40,645 nucleotides of DNA from an uncultured bacterium (GTDB lineage Bacteria > B130-G9), in assembly GCA_965372715.1 (NCBI GenBank), contig CBDVDH010000035.1, positions 1 to 40,645 of the forward strand. The letters are read 5' to 3'. Numbering within the stretch: the first letter of the stretch is position 1; each line of letters starts with the position of its first letter. Shown here one piece after another: positions 16,935 to 25,600 of this stretch. The notes beneath the pieces were generated by a model, which had not been told where the DNA came from, ran no database searches, and was given only the letters and a program-made list of their open reading frames with translations. Made by a program: the position numbers and the translations under genes.

Positions 16935-17861
16935 TCAATCTTCTGCTTTTTCGGTTACGGCCTTCTCGTCGGCGGGCCCTGTCTTGTCTGACGTTGTCCT
17001 GTCCGGGCGCGCCGCCTGGTCCGGCGAGAAGAAGGTGAGCAGATCGCCAAGGACCCTTTTGAGTCGCTTGCGTTCTACGACAATATCTATGAAGCCATGC
17101 TCCTGCACGAACTCGGAGCTCTGGAAGCCCTCGGGGAGCTCTTCGCCGATCGTCTCCTTGATGACACGCGGCCCGGCGAAGCCAACCAGGGCCTTTGGCT
17201 CTGCAACGATGATGTCGCCGAGCATCGCGAACGAGGCCATCACCCCCGCGGTCGATGGGTCCGTGAGCACAGAAATGAAGAGGTTGCCCGTCTGCCCGAA
17301 TCTCGCCGCGGCCTGGGAGGTCTTCGCCATCTGCATCAGCGAAAGCATGCCCTCCTGCATCCGTGCGCCGCCAGTGCTTGCGATGGTGATCATGGGTGTG
17401 TTCTTACGGGCTGCTCGCTCGAAGCCGCGCGTAACCTTTTCGCCCACGACCGAGCCCATACTGCCGCCCATGAACTTGAAGTCCATCACGGACGCGGCAG
17501 CCGGGCATCCGGCGATCTTGCCCTCGGTGTTCATTACAGCGTCCGGCATGTTCGCCCTCGCCTGATGCTCCTTGATCCTATCCTTGTATTTCTTGCTATC
17601 GACGAATTTCAGGGGGTCGGTCGGGTATAGGCCCGTATCCAGTTGCGTATATTCGCCGTTGTCGAAGATGAGCTCGCAACGCTCCACGGCGGTGAGTTTG
17701 AAGTGGAAGCCGCACTTGGGGCATACCTTCAGATTGTCCTGAACCTCTCGCCTATAAACGATCTCATTGCACCCGGGGCACTTGAGCCACATCCCGTCGG
17801 GCATCTCAATTCTCGTGCCCCCGGCAGGCTTCTGTATCCCTCTCTTCTTCTTAAACCACAT
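16935..17861 (-). CDS. accD: Acetyl-CoA carboxylase carboxyltransferase beta subunit
   Basis: WLKCPGC..VCPKC Zn finger, FMGGSMGSVVGEK, GGARMQEG, GFAGPRVI. Confidence 0.97.
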   Translation of the reverse strand: MWFKKKRGIQKPAGGTRIEMPDGMWLKCPGCNEIVYRREVQDNLKVCPKCGFHFKLTAVERCELIFDNGEYTQLDTGLYPTDPLKFVDSKKYKDRIKEHQARANMPDAVMNTEGKIAGCPAAASVMDFKFMGGSMGSVVGEKVTRGFERAARKNTPMITIASTGGARMQEGMLSLMQMAKTSQAAARFGQTGNLFISVLTDPSTAGVMASFAMLGDIIVAEPKALVGFAGPRVIKETIGEELPEGFQSSEFVQEHGFIDIVVERKRLKRVLGDLLTFFSPDQAARPDRTTSDKTGPADEKAVTEKAED

Positions 17862-17920
17862 GATCTATGAACATCTTCATTCTGCTAACGTTTCTGTGTC
17901 CCGCCCTAGGCGCTCTGCCG

Positions 17921-18679
17921 TCAGAACTCAATGACCTCGCCCTGCCTCAGAAGCGCTACGTTCCCACCCAGCGACGCGGCGTCGCTTGCTATCTGTTCAA
18001 CGTAGCGGGGCTTCATGTGGAACAACCGGATTGGGACACGTTCGCCGAGTGAGTCCACAAGCGGCACAAGCTGCTCCGGGACTAGATGCCCTGTCGTACG
18101 CGCCAGGTCCCGCAGACAGTTCGGGAACGATGCTTCCAGGATTGCGAGCTTCAGGTTATCGGTCTTCTCTGCCTGTCGGATGACGGGCCTAAGATCGCAC
18201 GTATCAGCTGAATAGAGCATTGCGACTTTGCCGTCGGAGACGACGAAGCCCACCGTTTGCACAGTGTGCTCCACACTAAAGGGCGTGACAACGAGTTCGT
18301 CCACCTCCTTTGGCTTGCCCGGCTCAAGTACCTCAAGCGTTACGACCGAGCTACTCTTGCTTCTGATTGTGGTGAAGTCGGGCCACATCGTCCCGTTCAG
18401 GAGATGACTTTGGATCGCTCGGCCGGTCTCCGCCGTGGCAATTATGCGAAGCGGCGCCTTCGCATCTGCGAAGATGTTATCAGTCAGAAAAACAAGGCCG
18501 GCGCAGTGATCGAGATGTGAATGGCTGATGATCGCAGCGTCTATTCGCCGCTGCTGCTCGAGCGCAAGCGATGCCGGCGCGGAGCCCGCATCGAGCAGGA
18601 CGTGATCGTTGATCAGAAAGCTAGTTACTCTGTGGTCCTGTGTAATGCCGCCGTAGCAGCCTAAAACACGCAGCTTCAT
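17921..18679 (-). CDS. Metallo-beta-lactamase-fold 3',5'-cyclic nucleotide phosphodiesterase (class II-like)
   Basis: VLGCYGG, SHSHLDH, WPDF, EASFPN, GHL, HMKP. Confidence 0.85.
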   Translation of the reverse strand: MKLRVLGCYGGITQDHRVTSFLINDHVLLDAGSAPASLALEQQRRIDAAIISHSHLDHCAGLVFLTDNIFADAKAPLRIIATAETGRAIQSHLLNGTMWPDFTTIRSKSSSVVTLEVLEPGKPKEVDELVVTPFSVEHTVQTVGFVVSDGKVAMLYSADTCDLRPVIRQAEKTDNLKLAILEASFPNCLRDLARTTGHLVPEQLVPLVDSLGERVPIRLFHMKPRYVEQIASDAASLGGNVALLRQGEVIEF

Positions 18680-18899
18680 GTCATATCTTCCCCAGTGAAC
18701 GGCCGTGAAAGGAAGGACACGCGCTCACGCTCCTAATGCGGCCCTTGTTTGCACGGCCTTTTGAGGCCCAGTTTACGCAATCCTACTGCAACAGGCTGCT
18801 CCGAATCAAGCCCGGCCCGAGAGCCCGTCATAACCCTCATTGCTCGCAGGAGCCAGGTCATCGGTCGCAGCTTCATATTGCGTGGCGCTCAAGCACGTT

Positions 18900-19292
18900 T
18901 CACGCAAGGGTTGAGGCCCAATTCAAGACCAGCTCAGCGTGGCCGATGCACTCAGTCGCCCTCTCCGCATCGCAGAGGTTCGCTGGCACACCACCGGCGT
19001 GATAGGGGCATTTGGCTCTACCGTATTCTGGTGCCAGGTTCAGTGCCGCTTTGTGAACCGCCGAGGGAACTTGGCAGACCGACGTGAGGCGCTCCAGACT
19101 ATGCGTATATGGCATCTCTTGTCCGCTCCGGATAATGACGGACTTGATCGCCTTCTCGGCGACCTGATGAGAGAAGAATGCGGCCGCGTAGAACCTGCCC
19201 GCATCGAGGTTGACCTTCGCGGTTGTCATATCCTCCCGAGCCTGCTGCTCCCACCATTCAGGCGGCGTTCGATGTGAGTTGTCCATACTCAA
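18900..19292 (-). CDS. HEPN domain protein (no intact MNT partner)
   Basis: WW..AREDM..A...F.SHQ.AEKAIK...YTHSL..L pattern. Confidence 0.85.
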   Translation of the reverse strand: MSMDNSHRTPPEWWEQQAREDMTTAKVNLDAGRFYAAAFFSHQVAEKAIKSVIIRSGQEMPYTHSLERLTSVCQVPSAVHKAALNLAPEYGRAKCPYHAGGVPANLCDAERATECIGHAELVLNWASTLA

Positions 19293-22200
19293 TACGCGAA
19301 TCCTATTATTTTGACCGCTGCGGCGACCTGCTCGACATCGAGTGATGGAGCGTCAGTGCGAAGGGTCAACACGGCGCTGTAGGTCCCCGGCGCGAGAGCG
19401 AGGTCACGTTCGACAAGGCTCTCTGTGTGCTGATCAAGACGCAGGTTACATCGCAGCTGGCCATCAATCGCGAGCTCCAGGTCCGCCTCGGCCCCGGCGG
19501 GGAACTCTCCCAGATTTACAGCAAAGGACTCGACGGTAAATTGAGGCGCAAGACCGATCGCAAAAACGGCGGTCCGACCGTGGGGTCCTATCTTCCACTT
19601 AATCTCGTCATCGAAGAACATGATCGCGCTTTGAAGCCGAACGCGGCGCAGGAAAAACTGTCGGTCTTGTCTATCCTTCTGGAACGTGTGGTCATTGATG
19701 TAATGAATCTTCAGATTGTGGGCGCCGGGCTCGACGTCCTCAAAAAAGACGTAAGTATTAGTCCAATCGTGATATGGGATTCTAACGTATTGGGGGGCGC
19801 TGTCGCCCAGCGTGACCTTGAGAGTTGGAAAGACATATCTGCTGAACCCCGTCGCCGGGTCTATAACCAGTCCTGTCTCAACGTGGGTCTCAAAAGTTCC
19901 CCTTGCCTTGACGTTCATCCCGACCGCGAGCGTGTCCGAAAGAACGTTAACCTGCGCCTCAAAGAAGCCGTTCCGCTCGAGGAGCCAGGCCCCGTCATCG
20001 ACTGCTCTGCCGCCCGATTTCGTCATTTGCCCCACCGTCAGCTCTGATGTCCTGGTCTCCTGCATCAGCTGGATGGCACGGCTTTTTTGCGTATCATCAC
20101 TGAAGCTCTTGGCCAAGGTGAGCAGATGGCACAGCGCATCGAATCTTTCCTCAAACGACTCTTCGGCAAGTCTTGTGAGAACACGATACGCTTGTCGCGC
20201 GTCGCTCTTTCGAATAAGGCATATTGCCCGAAGATAGTCCGCTTTTCGGGACACAGCGGGCTCCTTCGCAGCCCTCGGCAACGACGACAGCGCCGCGTCT
20301 ATTTCGTTGCGACCAAGATGCGCCTCCGCAGCTGCAAGTCCTACCATGAGCGAGATAGATGTGTCCCCCGGAATGAGCCTGAGCAACTGGAGCGCGTGCC
20401 GGTATCGCTTTTTCGCGAGCTCCGCCTGGGCCAGCTTCAGCAGTTGATGGGGTTCGCCGCGCGGCGAAAGAAGGTCGAATGGGTCAGAGTCAGCCTGAAA
20501 GGAGAAGAGGTCCGCGGCCTCGGGCCACATATCGGCCTTAACAAAGGCCCTAAAGACGTTCTCGCCTAGGCTCTTGTATTTGGGCTGGGCGATGTAGGCA
20601 TGGCCCAAGAAATCGCGCCCCTGGGGCAAACAGAGCAGATCATAAAGCCGGCCAAATGCCGCGTACAGAAAGGCCTCGAGCCCATCGGCGTCGAAAATCT
20701 GTACTCGATCAACGTAGATGTTGGCCACTTTGTCTGGGTCAATCTCCTTCATATCCACGTCCGCTATCGCTATGCCGAGGCGCATTAGATAGTGCCCGCC
20801 AGCGAGCCTCACGCGCCTGTAATACTTCTGCATTAGCTCGACCTCGACCGGTTCGTCAACGACGCGAATCGTCTCTGCGCAGCTCCGCAATTCGAGCCAT
20901 AAGTTGGGGACCGTCGTCCAAATTGGGTTCCGCATCATCGCCTCGACGATAATCAGCTTCTCGCCGGGTGAGATTTGAACCTCTCGTTCAAGCGGGTAAC
21001 CGGGCGTCAGTCGTCGTCCGCCTTTGATATAGGCTCTAGACGGCGGGTCGTAAATCGACAGCGGCTCGTCTTCCATTTGATAGGTAGCCTTCTCGACGCG
21101 CAGATCATAGACCGTCCCGACTGCGAGCAGGAAAACCATGAGCGCCACGCCGACTCCCGCTGCGTGAACATATCTGCCTGTCTTAAAGAGGTCTTTCTTG
21201 GGCGCCGACTGCCTGTTGAATCTCACAATCATGAGCAGAAGAAAAGCGAAGGCGATGATCTCGACAAACACCTTGACCGCCGTTGCGATGTCGGTCCTGA
21301 AAAACGACGGCAAGAACCGCGAGAGATCGATGTTCGTGTTCACGTGAAGCAGCCAAAACGCCCGGCTGGCCCCGTTGGCTTGGTCGTACCGGAATACAGG
21401 GGATAGAAGATGCAGAAACGTGACCGTCGCCGAAATCGCCGCCGCAAAACTGAACGCGGCCGCCTGCCTCATTGTTGCAATCCGCTCAAGACCTAGGCCG
21501 AGCAGCGCCCCGAGAAACGGCAGAATCACAATCAGGAAGCGGCATGGCGGGCACCATGATGCGTTCCACCACGGCATAGAGCCCACGACGAGGTAATATG
21601 GCCCGATGACGAGCAGTATCTTGAAGAGCATCCCACTCTTGCTTCTGAAGAGCGCCAAAGCGCCCGCTGCCGAGAGAATGTAGATCGGTGCCAGCACGAG
21701 GAGGCCGAACTGTTGGTCGAGCGTCTGGCCAAGCACACCGTTGGCCGGCGTGAAGTCCCCGACGCCCATGCGGAAAAGCTCGTCCAGCCGAGAGGTCAGC
21801 AGCTGCAGCGTCACAACACGGTCGCGCAGTAGAAAACCCAAGAGCGCAACGGTTGCGGCCCCGCCCGACGCGTATAGCCATACGGCCTTTCTCTTCGTGG
21901 TCTGCCACATAGCGAGCAAAAGCAGAGGCGCGATGATCAGCGAGAGCCGTATCTTGAGCATGAAAAGACCGAAACAAAGAACAAGCAGTGTCAAGAGTTC
22001 CTTTCGTTTGCCTCGCCCAACGCGCGAAAGCCGTCTGAACGCGTAGATCGCAACCAGCGCCGTCGGCGTGGCCGGAAAGATTTGATTTGCGTAATTGAGC
22101 ATCGGAACTGAGAACCCGAACAAAAGAGCTCCCAGCAGCGCGTGTTTTCTGCTGACTCCCAGCTCCTGGCTCAAGAGGAAGACGTTCACGACCAGTAGAG

Positions 22201-22918
22201 CGGCAAGAAAATTGATGAAGGCAACCGCGCCGCGGAAGCCGAAAAGTCTGTAGGGAAGCGCTATCAAGAGGGGAAAGCCAACGTTGTAGTTCTGAACCTC
22301 GTAGTGCTTTCCCTTGATGCTTATGCTCCGATACTGCGGCTGAAGCTCATAAGGGTAATAGGCTAGGTATTCCTTGTTCTCGAAGTTGTTGGTGCGGTCG
22401 ATGTCCAGATCATAACCGATGCTGTGGGCGGTAAGAAGGTAGTATGGCTCGTCGCCGTCGGGTGGGTGTTGGTCATAGGACCATAGGCCGAGCCAGAAAT
22501 AGCACGAGGCGCACACGATTGTCAGGGCTAGTATGAGTCTTCTGCGCGGAAGCTCGCTCGCGCCACGCACGAGTATAAGCATCAGAGTAACTGAGACCGC
22601 GATGATCACCCCGAGAAGAACCGTGCCTCCCAGCGCCTCAAAGTATCGCGACTCCGCAGTTATCAGCGGTGAAGCCAGGATAAGAAAGGCAATTGCGCCG
22701 AACGCGCAGATCATCTTGGCGCCCGCCTCGATTCTCTTGCGGAGTCCTATCTTTCCCAGCACCGGCAGGAGTATCGCCGCGTGGGCGAGTATAATCGGCA
22801 GATATTGGGAGACTATCTGTGGCCGTGGGACATCGAGCGCAAGCCAATAGCCGCTCAACCACAGCGCTGAGGCGATGGCGAGGCATATTGTGCAGGCAAC
22901 CCAGAAGTGTGTGTTCAT
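19289..22918 (-). CDS. Large polytopic membrane protein, GT-C-like glycosyltransferase with TPR-like and beta-rich C-terminal domains
   Basis: Many TM helices, DGDEPYYL loop, helical repeats in the C-terminal half, IND....DR motif near the end. Confidence 0.7.
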   Translation of the reverse strand: MNTHFWVACTICLAIASALWLSGYWLALDVPRPQIVSQYLPIILAHAAILLPVLGKIGLRKRIEAGAKMICAFGAIAFLILASPLITAESRYFEALGGTVLLGVIIAVSVTLMLILVRGASELPRRRLILALTIVCASCYFWLGLWSYDQHPPDGDEPYYLLTAHSIGYDLDIDRTNNFENKEYLAYYPYELQPQYRSISIKGKHYEVQNYNVGFPLLIALPYRLFGFRGAVAFINFLAALLVVNVFLLSQELGVSRKHALLGALLFGFSVPMLNYANQIFPATPTALVAIYAFRRLSRVGRGKRKELLTLLVLCFGLFMLKIRLSLIIAPLLLLAMWQTTKRKAVWLYASGGAATVALLGFLLRDRVVTLQLLTSRLDELFRMGVGDFTPANGVLGQTLDQQFGLLVLAPIYILSAAGALALFRSKSGMLFKILLVIGPYYLVVGSMPWWNASWCPPCRFLIVILPFLGALLGLGLERIATMRQAAAFSFAAAISATVTFLHLLSPVFRYDQANGASRAFWLLHVNTNIDLSRFLPSFFRTDIATAVKVFVEIIAFAFLLLMIVRFNRQSAPKKDLFKTGRYVHAAGVGVALMVFLLAVGTVYDLRVEKATYQMEDEPLSIYDPPSRAYIKGGRRLTPGYPLEREVQISPGEKLIIVEAMMRNPIWTTVPNLWLELRSCAETIRVVDEPVEVELMQKYYRRVRLAGGHYLMRLGIAIADVDMKEIDPDKVANIYVDRVQIFDADGLEAFLYAAFGRLYDLLCLPQGRDFLGHAYIAQPKYKSLGENVFRAFVKADMWPEAADLFSFQADSDPFDLLSPRGEPHQLLKLAQAELAKKRYRHALQLLRLIPGDTSISLMVGLAAAEAHLGRNEIDAALSSLPRAAKEPAVSRKADYLRAICLIRKSDARQAYRVLTRLAEESFEERFDALCHLLTLAKSFSDDTQKSRAIQLMQETRTSELTVGQMTKSGGRAVDDGAWLLERNGFFEAQVNVLSDTLAVGMNVKARGTFETHVETGLVIDPATGFSRYVFPTLKVTLGDSAPQYVRIPYHDWTNTYVFFEDVEPGAHNLKIHYINDHTFQKDRQDRQFFLRRVRLQSAIMFFDDEIKWKIGPHGRTAVFAIGLAPQFTVESFAVNLGEFPAGAEADLELAIDGQLRCNLRLDQHTESLVERDLALAPGTYSAVLTLRTDAPSLDVEQVAAAVKIIGFAY

Positions 22919-23853
22919 CGATCGAGGAATAAGACCTTTTTGATGTAGATTCGGAGCAGTTGTTGCTCTGGATCGTCGAGGCTGAAGAAAACTTCGACTG
23001 ACTTCGGCTCAATCTGCTTGCCAAAACTGAACGTCGCGGAGCATGACCTCCCCATATACGCCTGGCCGTGAGCCAAAAACTCTGCGTTGCACTCCTGGGC
23101 GTGCGATCTGATATGGCGTATGTGGGTTCGCGTGTTCGGGATTTCATAGCATTTCTCGGAAGCGTGAACGCCGACGCGGAAGGCAAAATCATATCCAGCG
23201 CCACTTTTATCAGTAACCCTGAGGTGTGCGATTTTCGTGTCTTGCAGTATCCCGCCAGAATGCACGAGCGCCGTCTGAAGACGAATGCTGGTCGCGTGGG
23301 TTCCTTCCTTCACGGATGCGCTAAGCGTGTGGTTTCTTCTCGCCAGATACGTCTCCGGCCCGAACTTGATTGTGGCCGTTATGTGCTCCCTTTGGCCCGA
23401 GATAGCCACAATCGTCAGAATCACGCTTAGGGATAGAGTGCTGCCAAACAGGACGGTCGGCCAGCGCCTCGAGCCAGAATCGCTCGCCCGGGCCATGGAA
23501 TAGACTGTCGCCAGCGCCTTCAACGCCGCGATCACGATGAAGCCGCGGACGAGAGAGAGCTCGCCCAGGAGCTCAACCGCGCAGATGCCACCCGCTGTGA
23601 TGGGCAAGAACGCGTAGAACAACAGGTCGAAGATCGCGGTGCGGCGCCAGTGCTCGTTGCTCCGTCTTCGCCAGACGAGCGTCAATGCTGTTGTCAGTAG
23701 GAACCAGGCTGGCAACGCAAAGGCGAGAGCCATCACGAGCGCACGGTCCATAGATGCGAATTGCGCCTTCTTGAGTGCGACAAGCCCCGCGAACACAACG
23801 TAGAAGACGCAAATGAGAACGCAGAGCAGGAAGTACTTCGCTCTATCCATCAC
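22915..23853 (-). CDS. Hypothetical membrane protein
   Basis: About five TM segments plus a soluble C-terminal domain; ATGA overlap with the next gene. Confidence 0.7.
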   Translation of the reverse strand: MMDRAKYFLLCVLICVFYVVFAGLVALKKAQFASMDRALVMALAFALPAWFLLTTALTLVWRRRSNEHWRRTAIFDLLFYAFLPITAGGICAVELLGELSLVRGFIVIAALKALATVYSMARASDSGSRRWPTVLFGSTLSLSVILTIVAISGQREHITATIKFGPETYLARRNHTLSASVKEGTHATSIRLQTALVHSGGILQDTKIAHLRVTDKSGAGYDFAFRVGVHASEKCYEIPNTRTHIRHIRSHAQECNAEFLAHGQAYMGRSCSATFSFGKQIEPKSVEVFFSLDDPEQQLLRIYIKKVLFLDR

Positions 23854-23883
23854 GCCCGTCCCGTTAGATTACAGGTGTGTCCG

Positions 23884-24330
23884 GTAGGGGCGCGGTCTCA
23901 GACCTGAAAACTATACGCATATTCTGAGGGTATGTTCCTCTGAATCACCGCGTTTCAACGCGGTGATATTGATGGTTATCATCATATTAACACCCGACTT
24001 CAGTCGGGTGACAGGTGGACGCCCGATAGCCTCCTCCTCACTCCAAAGAATCCCCTCCTGAAAAGGATGTAGGGAGGGTGGTGGCCTCCTCTTCAGACCC
24101 CCGAATCAATTCGGGGGTTAGGACAATGATAGCCCTTTGCATCGCCTCGGCTGAAGCCGGGCGATGAGTGTCGGACATGTGCTCCCGCCGGCAGATCCGA
24201 ATCACCCCATTTCGCACGTCGTTACTGCTGCTATTCCCCTTTGGGGAATGCGATTTATGGAACTCACTAAACAGCCCTCATTAACCAAAATATATGCGCA
24301 CAACTGTCAGGTTCGAGACCACGCCCCTAC
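23884..24330. repeat. GTAG-type REP inverted pair enclosing ~400 bp
   Basis: GTAGGGGCGCGGTCTCAGACCTGA (23884-23907) versus TCAGGTTCGAGACCACGCCCCTAC (24307-24330). Confidence 0.8.
23944..24166. repeat. Four-hairpin palindromic element, copy 2
   Basis: Hairpins at 23944-23967, 23991-24010, 24097-24118, 24140-24166. Confidence 0.85.
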
Positions 24331-24361
24331 GCATTCGTGTGGTCTGTCGGCGATCCCCTCG

Positions 24362-25411
24362 TCAACACGAGGTCAGATGCTCGACGATATAGTCCCAATT
24401 GAGCCTCTGCGCTATCTCATATCCCGCCTCGCCCATCCGTTTGGCGAGCTTCGGCTGGCCGACGAGCAAATCAATCTTCTCCGCAAGCGACTGTGGGTTG
24501 GTTGCCGCCACATGCCCTGTAACGCCGTCATCGACGAATTCCAGGACGGCCCCGGAGCTTTCGGTCGTGATCACAGGCTTCTTGGAGAGGAACGCCTCGA
24601 GCGTGATGAAGCCCAAATCCTCGTCCTTGGGCGCAAAGAGGACCCCCAGGCACCTCGCATAAAGGTCGAGCAGCGTTTTCTCATCGACCCAACCCACGAA
24701 CTCAACTCTTTCGCCGAGCCTGAGCTTCTTCGCCTGCTTCTTGAGCGCATTCTGCTGCGGGCCTCGCCCGGCGATAACGCATCTGATCTTGGCGTCGGTC
24801 TTTGCAAGGGCGTCGAGCACTAGATCGACGCGCTTGTTGAGCTCCAATCTGCCCGGACAAAACACAAATGACTCGTATCCCTCGCACCGGAAGACGTTCT
24901 TGAGGCGCGGAGGCGCGTAAAGCGCCTTGCTCTCGATGCCGTTGTATCGTTTGAGCCGCTCGGCCACACGCTTGGAGTTTGCGAAAACGGCCTTCGCCTC
25001 GCGCAAGGCTTGATTGTCGATGGCGACTATCGCGTCCCTTATCCCAAGGTCCTCCTCGCTGCTCTTGAGCTGGCTAAAGCGCGTGCCCCACAGCTCGTAA
25101 ATCTCCCTGTGCTGGTGCAGAAGATACACAACCTTGTTCGGATGCTGTGCAACGTAGGATGGGAACTTCGTCGCTACAAAGAGGTCGAAGGGCCGCAAGT
25201 AGCTCTTCGTGAGGTCGAGCAGGCGCCAGGCGAGGCAGTCCCTTATCAGCTGCCTCGGCGGTGAGAAGTTGAACGGGATATCGATTCTCGATACCTCAAA
25301 TCCCCTCTCCCTCAAGGCCGTGTCGAGGCACGATATGTGCATCTCCGCGCCGCCCTCCACAGAATGAACGATTGGAAAGCCGATTCCGATTGTCTTTTTC
25401 GCTCTAGCCAT
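24362..25411 (-). CDS. Glycosyltransferase family 4
   Basis: GGAE, GRLELNKR, EDLGFITLEAF motifs. Confidence 0.92.
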   Translation of the reverse strand: MARAKKTIGIGFPIVHSVEGGAEMHISCLDTALRERGFEVSRIDIPFNFSPPRQLIRDCLAWRLLDLTKSYLRPFDLFVATKFPSYVAQHPNKVVYLLHQHREIYELWGTRFSQLKSSEEDLGIRDAIVAIDNQALREAKAVFANSKRVAERLKRYNGIESKALYAPPRLKNVFRCEGYESFVFCPGRLELNKRVDLVLDALAKTDAKIRCVIAGRGPQQNALKKQAKKLRLGERVEFVGWVDEKTLLDLYARCLGVLFAPKDEDLGFITLEAFLSKKPVITTESSGAVLEFVDDGVTGHVAATNPQSLAEKIDLLVGQPKLAKRMGEAGYEIAQRLNWDYIVEHLTSC

Positions 25412-25463
25412 GCAGGCGATCTTAGCAGCCGCTGCGATGATCTTTCAAGGCGACCCATTACAT

Positions 25464-25485
25464 TAGCCCCATCTTCAGATGGGGT
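25464..25485. repeat. Single TTCA-loop hairpin related to the four-hairpin element
   Basis: TAGCCCCATC-TTCA-GATGGGGT. Confidence 0.5.
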
Positions 25486-25600
25486 CTGCGCGAAGCCGAC
25501 CCTCTCCCCCACAACCGGACCGATTCGCTTGACCTGTGAAGGCGAAAAGTGCTCAATATGCTGAGATCAGTCAGAGCATACGCGGGACATAGGGGAAAGT

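Noticed and set aside
16642-16938. Short ORFs over the palindromic elements (also 24164..24823)
   Set aside because: They are explained by repeat sequence or by antisense overlap with real genes.
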